Of a stretch of 64,000 nt of DNA, positions 9,604 through 19,130 are shown piece after piece. The position numbers and the translations under genes were made by a program. Position 1 is the stretch's first letter. Each line of letters opens with the position of its first letter. The stretch comes from Bdellovibrionota bacterium (GTDB lineage Bacteria; Bdellovibrionota_C; UBA2361; JBGSMV01). The notes under the pieces are model-generated. The model had not been told where the DNA came from. It did no database searches and saw nothing but the letters and a program-made list of their open reading frames with translations. The stretch covers positions 511 through 64,510 of the forward strand of contig JBIKWF010000002.1 in assembly GCA_044356455.1 (NCBI GenBank). The letters run 5' to 3'.

Positions 9604-11133
9604 CTATTCCCCAATGGGACGCAGCACCACCATTCCGAGCGCTCGCTTTACGTCGTTCACTTTAGACGTCAAATGGTCGGCAAACCACCTATCCTCCCAC
9701 CATTCCTCTGGTGCTACGGGGACGCCATGCACCCGAACCTCGAAATAAAGCCTGGGGGCCCTCGCGAGTCCGGTGGACCCGGCGCGAGCGATACGTTGAC
9801 CTCGTTTAACCGTCTCGCCCTTCGCCACAAAGGCTTGGTCGAGACTCCCGTAAAGCGTAGTAAGACCAAGGCCATGATCGACGGCCAATGTGCGGCCGTA
9901 TACGCCAAGCCCCTCAGAGAATGAAACAACACCGTCTGCCGCGGCATAGACATCCGATCCGCCCTTAGGGACCGGGATCTCATACCCCGACATAAGAGCG
10001 GAACCAAGCGGAGTTCCCTCGAACTCGAAGTTTGCGCGGTCACCGAAGGCGAGAGATGCGCCCCCCAGTGGCCGAGAAAGTGGCCCATCCCATTGCCTCT
10101 CAAACCTTGGGCCAGCCAGCAGCTTTTGAATAGCCTCCTCATCAAGCTTGCGAAGCTTCTCGTTTACGAGCTTGAACTGTTCGACAAGCCTTTCGGGAGA
10201 GCCGCGCTGAGATGAAAAGAGAAGCGCTTTTCCTGAAGCGCGCGCATCAGCTTCTAGTCGCCCAAGATTTTGCTCGACAATTCCCGCTACTGTTTGGCGC
10301 AGGAACTCTTCCCCTACACGCACAGGCACCGAGCGCGAGGCGCGCTCTCCGATCCGATAATAGAAAGTAGTGGATACCGTGTTGCCGACTGAGTCTTCCG
10401 CATAAAGGTGGAGCGGCGGGGTCTCGTCAGCCTTCATATCTATCGCGAAAAGTGCGGCAAAAAGCGCCGGATCTTCGAATTCGCGGTCGAGTCCACGTGC
10501 AGGAAATCCCATGTACAGTTGGTCTCCTACCCGCACCCCGGAAATGGCGAGGTCTTCATCGATGGCACGGTAGAGCACGAGCTGAGAACCTCCACGACGT
10601 GCATTATGCTGGGTAGTGAGCACCTCTAGACGAGGCTTTCGGAAATCCACTTTAAGGCTCACCGACTGGGTAGCCCCGTTGTTCCAGAAGCTTCTGTCAA
10701 AAGCCTTAACCTCTAACTCAACAGCACCTTCCTCGAGATCGCTCTTATCGCCGGGGAAATCGATTGCTACTCGGGTTGCTTTCTTTCCACCAAGCCCCTG
10801 CCGCAAAATTTCACGCGAGCGGCCTCGCTGCTTTGCCCGCACCACGACCTCGTCTAGCCCTGCGCCATAATCACGCAGATCCATCTTGAGAGTAACAGGG
10901 GCGAGACCAATTCCACGCGGTATCTCTACCGGAATGATTTCAGGAGGATTAGGCTCGAACTTGCTGGTATAGAGCTGAGTCCAGCCGAAGAAGGCAAAAA
11001 GCGAAATAACGGCGACAACGGTCACGATGCTCAACGAAACCCAGAGCCCACGCCGACTGCGTTTCGCCCCCTCGGTTCGACGAACGACCTCAGGCGGAAC
11101 CTCTTGTTCGACGGTCTCATCGATTTTCCTCAC
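9604..11133 (-). CDS. Membrane-anchored M23/LytM-domain protein, zinc ligands degenerate
   Basis: VYAAADGVV, YGRTLAVDHGLGLTTLYGSL, GSTGLARAPRLYFEVRVHG; start uncertain (GTG at 11133 chosen). Confidence 0.85.
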   Translation of the reverse strand: MRKIDETVEQEVPPEVVRRTEGAKRSRRGLWVSLSIVTVVAVISLFAFFGWTQLYTSKFEPNPPEIIPVEIPRGIGLAPVTLKMDLRDYGAGLDEVVVRAKQRGRSREILRQGLGGKKATRVAIDFPGDKSDLEEGAVELEVKAFDRSFWNNGATQSVSLKVDFRKPRLEVLTTQHNARRGGSQLVLYRAIDEDLAISGVRVGDQLYMGFPARGLDREFEDPALFAALFAIDMKADETPPLHLYAEDSVGNTVSTTFYYRIGERASRSVPVRVGEEFLRQTVAGIVEQNLGRLEADARASGKALLFSSQRGSPERLVEQFKLVNEKLRKLDEEAIQKLLAGPRFERQWDGPLSRPLGGASLAFGDRANFEFEGTPLGSALMSGYEIPVPKGGSDVYAAADGVVSFSEGLGVYGRTLAVDHGLGLTTLYGSLDQAFVAKGETVKRGQRIARAGSTGLARAPRLYFEVRVHGVPVAPEEWWEDRWFADHLTSKVNDVKRALGMVVLRPIGE

Positions 11134-11182
11134 ACCAAGCTCCCTCTTATCTTCCCGCCAACAGCCGCTTCGAGCGTCGCTG

Positions 11183-12424
11183 TCACAATTCAAGAGACTC
11201 AAGCGCACTTCCAAGCTGCTCTTCTAAGAACGTCTTCAGCTTCTCGCGCAATCGATTCTCAATCTGCCTCACTCGCTCGCGGCTCACGCCCACTTTTTCA
11301 GAAATTTCCTGCAGCGTTGCTTTCTCTTCCCCAAGCATTCGCTCGTTAAAGATGATTCGCTCCTTATCTTTCAGTGTTGCAGCAAAGTCCTCAAGGCCCT
11401 GTTTTAAGAGCGCCTGAGAACGGCGCTTATCAATGAGATCCTCGGCCGAAGACTCAGGTGAGGGCAACACGCCCAAGAGGGTAGCATCTGACTCAGCCCC
11501 TTGCAGGGGGGCATCCACGCTTACATCGGAAGAGCCAAGGCGCTGCTGCATTTCAACAACTTCGCTCTCCTTTACATTGAGCTTCTCAGCCAAAAGCTTC
11601 GGCGCGGCCACAAACCCTTCTCGCTCCAGGCGGTCTTTCTCCTTCTTCAAGTTAAAAAAGAGCTTTCTTTGGGCTTGGGTAGTACCAATCTTAACCATGC
11701 GCCAGTTCGCAATCAGATAGCGAACCATATAGGCTTTAATCCACCACACGGCGTAGGAGGGAAACCGGACACCGCGATAGGGGTCAAAATTCTTTACGGC
11801 CTCCATCAAACCGATATTCCCTTCCTGCACCAGATCAAGCAGCCCACGTGCGGCTTTTTCGTAGTCACGGGCAATTTTCACGACCAGCCACAAATTACTA
11901 GTAACAAGTCGGTACGCGGCCTCAACATCCTTGTCGCGCAAGTAGCGCACCCCTAATTCATGCTCTTCCTCTCTCGAAAGGGGAGGATAGGCGCGAATCT
12001 CTCGCAGATAGGCGGTCAAGGGATCGAACTGAGTAGGGGCCAGAGACTCCTGGCTGTCTGCGCCCTTAGCTCTTGCCCCTCGCGCCTTAAGCCCCGCTGC
12101 GGGTTCGTGCGTTGGCTCTGCCTCATCAGCGTCGAGGACCAGCTCAGCCCCACCCCCCTCTTCCTCGATGAGGTCGCCGGTATCTATATCGGTGGTCTCT
12201 ATATCTGTGGTCTCAAGAGGGGCAACTTCGATGACCTCCCCAAGGGCGTCTTCTGGAGTAACGGCCTCCTCGAGGCCTGGCTCGTCAGCAACAAGCTCCG
12301 CCTCCACGACTTCAGGCTGGGCGCTCTCAGGGTCTTTGCCCGCTCCCTTTGCGGCGCTCCGCCTTGGCGCATCCCGGCGTCCGCCCTCCGATTTAACCTG
12401 CTGCAATGACTTGTCTTTTTTCAT
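11183..12424 (-). CDS. rpoH: RNA polymerase sigma-32 (RpoH) family factor with acidic N-terminal extension
   Basis: DLVQEGNIGLM, YAVWWIKA, RpoH box QRKLFFNLK, VSRERVRQIE; start set at MKKDK. Confidence 0.9.
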   Translation of the reverse strand: MKKDKSLQQVKSEGGRRDAPRRSAAKGAGKDPESAQPEVVEAELVADEPGLEEAVTPEDALGEVIEVAPLETTDIETTDIDTGDLIEEEGGGAELVLDADEAEPTHEPAAGLKARGARAKGADSQESLAPTQFDPLTAYLREIRAYPPLSREEEHELGVRYLRDKDVEAAYRLVTSNLWLVVKIARDYEKAARGLLDLVQEGNIGLMEAVKNFDPYRGVRFPSYAVWWIKAYMVRYLIANWRMVKIGTTQAQRKLFFNLKKEKDRLEREGFVAAPKLLAEKLNVKESEVVEMQQRLGSSDVSVDAPLQGAESDATLLGVLPSPESSAEDLIDKRRSQALLKQGLEDFAATLKDKERIIFNERMLGEEKATLQEISEKVGVSRERVRQIENRLREKLKTFLEEQLGSALESLEL

Positions 12425-12522
12425 TTGCTCTTCAATGAGGCACTGCCGGCTCTGCGTGTGACAAAACTTCGTTAGTGCCAATCGCACCAATCTTTCAAGT
12501 TCTTACGCTGCTAGGCCGAATA

Positions 12523-12549
12523 TTGGCACTGGGAGCTAATTTTTGCCAC
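12523..12549. promoter_or_regulatory. Possible degenerate CIRCE (HrcA operator) upstream of rpoH
   Basis: TTGGCACTG-N9-TTTTGCCAC versus consensus TTAGCACTC-N9-GAGTGCTAA; spacing exact but right arm poor. Confidence 0.3.
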
Positions 12550-12640
12550 CTCAGCGGGTCCTATCAACCTCGGCCGTTTCAGGCTCCGAGGATAGGCCTA
12601 TCTCGGGCGGCACTACTTAAAAGACGGGACGGGCGCGCGC

Positions 12641-14332
12641 ATGTCATCACGCATCGGAGAACTACTGGTTCGCACCGGACTTATTACGCCCGAGCAGCTG
12701 AACCACGCCAGCGAGGGACAAAAGGCTAATGGCGGGTTTCTGGGCTCCCATATCGTCAAACTTGGCTTCATGTCCGAGGAAGACCTGCTCCAGACCATAA
12801 GCCAGCAATACGGCGTCCCCATTATCGAGCTCAGCAATTGCCAATTCGAGCCCTCGATATTGCAGCTCGTTCCCCAGCCACTTGCGAGCAAGCACAACCT
12901 CGTCCCCGTCGTGCAAAAGGATCGCACGCTCACCATCGCGATGGCGGATCCCACCAATATCGTCGCCCTCAATGATGTGAAATTCATTACCGGGCTCGAC
13001 ATCCAGGTTGTTATTGCGCCTGAGCGCGAGGTCAAGGCCGCGCAAGAACGCGCCTATGAAGTGGGGGTCTCCTACGAAAACATTATTAGTGAGGTTGAGG
13101 AGGACGTTGAAGTCGTTGACACCTCGGACACCGTTGACGTAGCCGAGCTCGAACGCGCGACTGAAGATGCGCCGGTTGTAAAGCTGGTGAATGCCATTCT
13201 CACGGACGCAATTAAGAAAAATGCTTCAGATATTCATATCGAGCCCTACGAAAAGGCGTTTCGAGTGCGCTTTCGTATTGACGGTGTGCTTTATGAAATC
13301 ATGAAGCCGCCGCCTAAACTTAAGAATGCCATAACTTCGCGTATCAAGATCATGTCCGACATGGACATCGCCGAGCGCCGACTTCCCCAAGACGGCCGTA
13401 TCAAATTAAAGCTCGGACAGAGCCGAGAAATGGACTACCGCGTCAACGTTTTGCCTACGCTCTTTGGCGAAAAGGTGGTGCTTCGTCTCCTCGACAAGTC
13501 GAACTTGCAACTCGACATGACAAAACTTGGGTTTGAGGAAGGTCAGCTCAAAGATTTCAAAGAGGCAATCGCTAAGCCTCACGGCATGGTACTGGTGACG
13601 GGGCCCACAGGTTCCGGAAAGACCACGACTTTGTATTCCGCGCTCGCAGAACTCAACAAGAACACTACTAACATTAGCACTGCCGAGGACCCCGTCGAGT
13701 TTAACCTCGCCGGAATTAACCAAGCGCAAATGCACGATGAGATCGGCTTTAACTTCGCGGCTGCCCTGCGCGCCTTTTTGCGACAAGACCCCGATGTCAT
13801 CATGGTGGGTGAAATTCGAGACTACGAGACGGCTGAAATTGGAATTAAAGCCTCCCTTACGGGACACTTAGTACTCTCAACGCTCCACACCAACGACGCC
13901 CCCGCGACCATCAATCGCTTGCTCAACATGGGCGTAGAACCATTCCTCGTCGCTTCTTCGATTAACTTAATCATTGCCCAGAGACTTGCGCGGCGCGTAT
14001 GCAAAGAATGCGCCCAAGATGTTGAAGTTAACCCTGAGATCTTGGTGAACATCGGCATACCCGCCGCCGAGGCCCGTCACCTCAAACTCAAACAAGGCAA
14101 GGGCTGCGGTCGCTGCGCGAACACGGGCTACAAGGGCCGAATTGCGCTTTACGAGGTGATGCCGCTCAAAGAGGAAATTCGAGACTTCATTCTCAACGGC
14201 GCCTCAACTGCTGAAATCAAACGTGAATCCATTCGATTAGGAATGATGACTCTGCGCGCATCGGGACTTTTGCGCCTGAAAGAAGGTGTGACGACCGTTG
14301 AGGAGGTTCTTCGCGTAACCGCAGCTGATTAA
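12641..14332 (+). CDS. pilB: Type IV pilus assembly ATPase PilB
   Basis: MshEN-like N-terminus RIGELLVRTGLITPEQL; ASDIHIEP; GPTGSGKTT; LRQDPDVIMVGEIRD; CxxC...CxxC. Confidence 0.97.
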   Translation: MSSRIGELLVRTGLITPEQLNHASEGQKANGGFLGSHIVKLGFMSEEDLLQTISQQYGVPIIELSNCQFEPSILQLVPQPLASKHNLVPVVQKDRTLTIAMADPTNIVALNDVKFITGLDIQVVIAPEREVKAAQERAYEVGVSYENIISEVEEDVEVVDTSDTVDVAELERATEDAPVVKLVNAILTDAIKKNASDIHIEPYEKAFRVRFRIDGVLYEIMKPPPKLKNAITSRIKIMSDMDIAERRLPQDGRIKLKLGQSREMDYRVNVLPTLFGEKVVLRLLDKSNLQLDMTKLGFEEGQLKDFKEAIAKPHGMVLVTGPTGSGKTTTLYSALAELNKNTTNISTAEDPVEFNLAGINQAQMHDEIGFNFAAALRAFLRQDPDVIMVGEIRDYETAEIGIKASLTGHLVLSTLHTNDAPATINRLLNMGVEPFLVASSINLIIAQRLARRVCKECAQDVEVNPEILVNIGIPAAEARHLKLKQGKGCGRCANTGYKGRIALYEVMPLKEEIRDFILNGASTAEIKRESIRLGMMTLRASGLLRLKEGVTTVEEVLRVTAAD

Positions 14333-14397
14333 TGCAGCGAGAGAGGAAACTCCGGAGAGGATATCTACGATAAGAGAAACTTTAAACGAGGCCACAT

Positions 14398-15618
14398 ATG
14401 CCAGTTTTTGTTTGGGAAGGCACGAACAGCAAAGGGAAGAAGGTCCAAGGCGAACTAGAGGCCAAGGACATTCAATCTGTCTTTAATGTCTTAAAATCCC
14501 AGCGCGTGATTCCTAACGCCAAGACCATTCGCGAGAAAGGCAAAGGTCTTGAGATGGAGATCAAGATCCCAGGCTTTGGGCACTCCGTTAAAGGCCGCGA
14601 CATTGTAATTTTCACCAGACAATTCGCGACGATGATTGACGCGGGACTTCCCCTCGTACAAGCCTTCGATATTCTCGCCAAGCAGCATGAGAATCCTGCG
14701 TTCCGCAAAGTACTTCTTGGAATTAAGGAAGCCGTTGAGACGGGAGGCACACTCTCTGAGGGCATGGCAAAATTCCCCAAAGCCTTCGATGACCTCTACG
14801 TGAACATGGTGAACGCCGGTGAAAACGGCGGTATCCTCGACGTGATTCTCGACAGACTCGCGGTGCACCAAGAAAAAGCCATGAAGCTCAAGCGCGAAAT
14901 CAAGACGGCAATGATCTACCCTGCCGTAGTTATTTCAGCGGCTTTTATTGTTACTTCCGTGCTACTTATCTTCGTAATTCCGACTTTCGCAGAACTTTTC
15001 GCCGACTTCGGCGCGGCTCTGCCCCTACCAACGCAGCTTGTTATTAATCTTTCAAACTTTGTAGTTGGAAATGCGATTTTGATCTTTGGTTCAATATTTG
15101 GGTCACTCTTCGCATTATTCCGCTTCGCAAAAACTCCCCGAGGAAAGGAGGTACTCCACCCCATTTTCCTTAAGCTCCCCATTTTTGGCGACATTATTCG
15201 AAAAGTAGCAGTTGCTCGCTTTACTCGAACTTTGGGCACCATGCTCAGTTCTGGCGTGCCCATCCTTGATGCTCTCAACATCTGCGCCCGCACGGCAGGC
15301 AACAAAGTTGTTGAACGCGACGTGCAGCGCGCTCGTGTTGCCATTTCTGAGGGTAAATCAATGGTAGAACCCCTCTCAGAATCTTCAGTGTTCCCCGCGA
15401 TGGTGATTCAAATGATTGGCGTGGGAGAATCTACGGGTGCACTGGATGCCATGCTTCAAAAGATCGCAGATTTTTATGAAGAAGAAGTGGACAACGCCGT
15501 TGGCGCAATGAAGCAATTAATTGAGCCTCTCATGATTCTCGTCCTAGGTACGATTGTCGGAGCGCTTGTTATTGCCATGTACCTTCCCATTTTCAAAATG
15601 GGCTCGGTCGTCGGCTAA
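14398..15618 (+). CDS. pilC: Type IV pilus platform protein PilC (GspF family)
   Basis: [38 protein letters not shown]. Confidence 0.97.
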   Translation: MPVFVWEGTNSKGKKVQGELEAKDIQSVFNVLKSQRVIPNAKTIREKGKGLEMEIKIPGFGHSVKGRDIVIFTRQFATMIDAGLPLVQAFDILAKQHENPAFRKVLLGIKEAVETGGTLSEGMAKFPKAFDDLYVNMVNAGENGGILDVILDRLAVHQEKAMKLKREIKTAMIYPAVVISAAFIVTSVLLIFVIPTFAELFADFGAALPLPTQLVINLSNFVVGNAILIFGSIFGSLFALFRFAKTPRGKEVLHPIFLKLPIFGDIIRKVAVARFTRTLGTMLSSGVPILDALNICARTAGNKVVERDVQRARVAISEGKSMVEPLSESSVFPAMVIQMIGVGESTGALDAMLQKIADFYEEEVDNAVGAMKQLIEPLMILVLGTIVGALVIAMYLPIFKMGSVVG

Positions 15619-15637
15619 GAAGAGAGAGAGGAGCTGC

Positions 15638-17698
15638 GTGATTCGATCAGGGGCACAGAGCGCGTCAACAACTTCGGGAGCGAAGCTAACCTGGCTTCTC
15701 AGCGCCCGACTTGGCGTACTTCTTTTGGCCATGGTCTCCGTGCTTGGCTCCCTCGCCCTGATCGAGAGAGAGCACTACTCTGCGGCTCTGGGGCTCTTTT
15801 ATCCGCTTGGCTTCTTTCTCGCTGTCGGAGTGGGAAGCTGGTGGTGGCTCAAGACCCATCGGGCCTCGGAGAGATTTACCGCGACCCAGATTGGGCTCGA
15901 CATCGTGCTGGTCACAGGCATCGTCTACGTCACGGGGGGGCCAATTAGTCCCTTCCTCTTCTTGTATCTCCCCCTAGTAATGGCAGCGTCTCTGCTTCTT
16001 TCTCGAGGAGCAGCTCTCACTGCCGCCGCGGTAAGCTCTGTATCATACACTTTTCTTGCCACCGCGATGAAGACGGGATGGATTGGAACCTACACAGGGA
16101 CTGATGCCGTGCAGGTGCCCTCGGGAGGACTCCTTCTGCAGTCTATTGGCCTTTGTTCGGCAATGGTTCTTATTGCGGTGGCGACAAGTTATCTGGTGCA
16201 AACGATCTCAAAACGAGACGCCACCGTTGAGGAGTCCAAGCGCGACCTCGAACGCGGACTCTCGCGCCAAAAGCAGCTTATTCAGAGCATTCCTGAAGCA
16301 ATCTGCGTCGTTGATAAGAGCGGCAAAGTTTCGAGCGCGAACGCAACGGCCCTGCAACTGCTTGATAAGCCAGAGGACCAACTCGTCGGTAAGTCTCTTA
16401 TTACTGTTTTACAGAGTCTGGATTCTGACTTTTCTTTCGAGCAAAATTCTGATGACTTTTACGGAGAGCTTTCCTTTGAGCGGGAAGGCGCCGCCGAGCC
16501 CACCCGCATTCGTGTACACGGGCGACCGCTTCCTATTTCTTCTCACGAGAACGGCGAAACAGGCCACCTCGTAGTCTTGAACGACATTACCAAGCTGCGC
16601 TCGATTGAAGAGCAGCTTGAGCTTCAGGACCGCATGGCGCGCCTGCTGTCGAACACGAACGAGCCGCCGCCGTCGCTGCCACGCCGCTTGGGCGATTTCA
16701 TTGGCGAAAGCGTGGTGATGCAGAAGGTGTTTGGGCTAATTCAACGCGTCGCCCGCTCTGATGCGACCGTACTTGTGAACGGCGAATCCGGTACCGGTAA
16801 GGAACTCGTAGCCCGGGCCATTCATCAAGAGAGCCTCCGCGCCCGTGGGCCATTTGTCGCCGTCAACTGCGGAGCAATCCCCGAAACCTTGCTCGAAAGT
16901 GAATTCTTCGGCCACAAGAAAGGATCCTTTACGGGCGCCCAGGCGGATCATCCAGGACTTTTCCAGCGCGCGTCAGGAGGCACGCTCTTTCTTGATGAAA
17001 TTGGAGAGCTGCCAGTACTCATGCAGGCAAAGCTTCTCCGTGCGATTCAAGAACGATCCATTCGGCCGGTAGGAGGAGAGCGCGACCTTCCCATGGACGT
17101 ACGAATTGTGGCTGCCACGAATAGAAACTTACGCCGCGAAATTGAGTCAGGAAATTTCAGAGAAGACCTTTACTACCGCCTTAATGTTATCAGCATTAGC
17201 CTGCCGCCTCTTAAGGAACGCAAAGAGGACATACCCCTTCTTGTAAATGCAATCCTGCAGAGACTTCTCAAGCAATCGAGCAATGGGGAGGAAACGCCCA
17301 CTGCGGTAATTCCACCTCAAACCATGCAATTTTTGGTGAGCTACTCGTACCCAGGCAACGTTCGAGAACTCGAGAATATAATCGAACGAGCCTTCGTGCT
17401 TGGCGGCTCGGTGATTCTTCCTGAACATCTCCCTGAGGCAGTAAGAAACTCCCCTTCCGAACTTGAGCCAGTCGGTGAAAAGAGAGCACGCGGAGACACC
17501 CAAATAATCATAGATGAATCGATACAATTTCCCGTTGACCTTGATACGGTACTGGGAGTGATTGAAAGAAGATACCTCGAGGGAGCACTCTCTCAAACGG
17601 GCGGAGCAAAGAAAAAAGCTGCTGAGCTACTTGGCATCAACTTTCGTTCCTTTCGCTATCGCCTCCAGAAGTTTGGGCTTTCGGATGCTGAGGGCTGA
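15638..17698 (+). CDS. PilS(TM+PAS)-PilR(sigma54 AAA+ and HTH) fusion regulator
   Basis: PilS-like TM region ([27 protein letters not shown]), PAS, then [41 protein letters not shown] and a Fis-type HTH; no HisKA, HATPase or REC; GTG start after GAGGAG. Confidence 0.9.
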   Translation: MIRSGAQSASTTSGAKLTWLLSARLGVLLLAMVSVLGSLALIEREHYSAALGLFYPLGFFLAVGVGSWWWLKTHRASERFTATQIGLDIVLVTGIVYVTGGPISPFLFLYLPLVMAASLLLSRGAALTAAAVSSVSYTFLATAMKTGWIGTYTGTDAVQVPSGGLLLQSIGLCSAMVLIAVATSYLVQTISKRDATVEESKRDLERGLSRQKQLIQSIPEAICVVDKSGKVSSANATALQLLDKPEDQLVGKSLITVLQSLDSDFSFEQNSDDFYGELSFEREGAAEPTRIRVHGRPLPISSHENGETGHLVVLNDITKLRSIEEQLELQDRMARLLSNTNEPPPSLPRRLGDFIGESVVMQKVFGLIQRVARSDATVLVNGESGTGKELVARAIHQESLRARGPFVAVNCGAIPETLLESEFFGHKKGSFTGAQADHPGLFQRASGGTLFLDEIGELPVLMQAKLLRAIQERSIRPVGGERDLPMDVRIVAATNRNLRREIESGNFREDLYYRLNVISISLPPLKERKEDIPLLVNAILQRLLKQSSNGEETPTAVIPPQTMQFLVSYSYPGNVRELENIIERAFVLGGSVILPEHLPEAVRNSPSELEPVGEKRARGDTQIIIDESIQFPVDLDTVLGVIERRYLEGALSQTGGAKKKAAELLGINFRSFRYRLQKFGLSDAEG

Positions 17699-18065
17699 GG
17701 CCTTCTCAGTTCGCGCAATTTCATCAAGCATAGGCAATTCTCGTAGCATCGGCATCTTGCAGCGTTTGAGCGGCGCCGCGAGGATGCACCGCCCTACCTC
17801 GGGCCCGGCAGGGAGCCGCGTCCTCGCGCTTGTTTTTAAGCCCCTTGGGTGCCGTCTCCCGGCAGCCTTCCGCTTCGCTGGAGGCGCTGAGTTGCGCCAT
17901 TTTTCAAGACAGTTCTTGCACTTAGTGAATTCTCGCATTGCGGGCATCTTGCGGCATGTGAGCGGCGCCCTACCGGACCCGTGCCAGGGCGCCACATCTT
18001 CGCGGTGCCGAACAATCCCCGACAGGGCCACCACTTCCCAAAACTGAGCCGTTTTTCGTCCCAAA

Positions 18066-18127
18066 TGACAAAATTTGCGCCCTGTGCCGCACATTGTCAC
18101 CGCAAAACTGCATCTAACCCCTTGAAT
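18066..18127. promoter_or_regulatory. Candidate enhancer (TGACAA...TTGTCA) and IHF-like site upstream of the pilA promoter
   Basis: Inverted TGACAA (18066-18071) and TTGTCA (18094-18099); TAACCCCTTGAAT (18115-18127) is one mismatch from WATCAANNNNTTR on the minus strand. Confidence 0.4.
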
Positions 18128-18163
18128 TACATCTTTCCGAAAAAACTCTAAACCTTTTTTGGC

Positions 18164-18179
18164 TGGCATCCGACTTGCT
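18164..18179 (+). promoter_or_regulatory. Sigma54 (-24/-12) promoter of pilA
   Basis: TGGCATCCGACTTGCT fits TGGCAC-N5-TTGC with exact GG-N10-GC spacing. Confidence 0.85.
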
Positions 18180-18368
18180 CAGTACAGACAGACGGGAACG
18201 CTGCGGTAGCCTGCGCTCGGTTTAGAGCAGATGGCCCCCAACGCGTTTCGCCGGGAACACCGGGAAACTGGGGCCGGACGGGTAAGCGAAGCAACCTATT
18301 GAGAGGCTGCCAAGTCGTACCAAAAGGTTTTCGGTTCTTAACGTAATAGTAGGTAGGAGAAATTAATC

Positions 18369-18785
18369 ATGAAGAGAATGACGAAAGACGCTGGTTTTAC
18401 CCTCATTGAGTTGCTCGTAGTTGTTGCCATCATCGGCATCTTGGCTGCGATTGCTATTCCTCAGTTCGCTGAATATCGTGCTCGTGGATTTGACTCTCGT
18501 GCGCTTAGCGATCTCCGAAATGCAGCTACCGCCGAAGAGGCTTATTTCGCTGATAACGAAGTGTACAGGACCTGTGCGAACGCTACTGACTGTGCGACCG
18601 ACCTTCCTGGCTTCACCGCCTCCCTTGGCGTAGTAGTTGCCATGGCAGCTGTTGCTCCTAGCGGAACCACTCCTGCTAGCTTCACTGGTCAGTCTTCACA
18701 TCCTCAGGGCTCTGTGAATGGTACTGATGCCTGCTACAACTGGGACAACTCAGCTGGTGGTCTTGAAGCATCACGCGCTTGCTAA
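18369..18785 (+). CDS. pilA: Type IVa major pilin
   Basis: G|[22 protein letters not shown] prepilin motif; AGGAG RBS; four Cys; own promoter and terminator. Confidence 0.95.
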   Translation: MKRMTKDAGFTLIELLVVVAIIGILAAIAIPQFAEYRARGFDSRALSDLRNAATAEEAYFADNEVYRTCANATDCATDLPGFTASLGVVVAMAAVAPSGTTPASFTGQSSHPQGSVNGTDACYNWDNSAGGLEASRAC

Positions 18786-18812
18786 TCTGATAGGCTAGCA
18801 AGATAGAACACG

Positions 18813-18842
18813 AAAGAGCGGGCTTCGGCCCGCTCTTTTTTT
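18813..18842 (+). terminator. Intrinsic terminator after pilA
   Basis: AAAGAGCGGGC-TTCG-GCCCGCTC followed by a T-run. Confidence 0.9.
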
Positions 18843-18884
18843 GCTTAAAAATGAAACGGCATTGGCGGGTTGGTGTAGTAAAAC

Positions 18885-18911
18885 AACCACTAAGAACACA
18901 GAGACCACTAA
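18885..18911. repeat. ACCACTAAG-type repeat arm abutting element A
   Basis: AACCACTAAGAACACAGAGACCACTAA is identical to part of the right arm of the 55637 hairpin. Confidence 0.8.
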
Positions 18912-19033
18912 GGAGCCTCTGAAAAAGTCCTCCTTCGTGCTCTTCGCGACCTTCGCGTTAAACCCAAACTTTGCGGCTGCGCGATATATTGAGAGATAAC
19001 ACGAAGGGGAAAAAGAAGCTTTTCAGAGGCTCC
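18912..19033. mobile_element. MITE-like element family A (CTTCG(T/C)G hairpin cargo)
   Basis: GGAGCCTCTGAAAA...TTTTCAGAGGCTCC; internal CTTCGTGCTCTTCGCGACCTTCGCGTTA...TAACACGAAG; related to the 41096 copy in reverse. Confidence 0.8.
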
Positions 19034-19130
19034 CAAAGGGGAAGACTGAATTGTCTCACTGCCACGAATTTGCAAATGCGGATAGCCCCTCCCGCCCTCT
19101 CCTGCTAAAACATCCCCAAGCGATTTTATC

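Noticed and set aside
17562-18169. ORFs 17562-18047 (+) and 17627-18169 (-)
   Set aside because: They overlap the regulator's 3' end and the pilA enhancer/promoter region and show no protein-like motifs
18236-18312. Calling a c-di-GMP-I/GEMM riboswitch
   Set aside because: Only a GAAA-capped hairpin matches; the GCAAA and P3 consensus are not recognisable. Kept only as a structured-leader hypothesis
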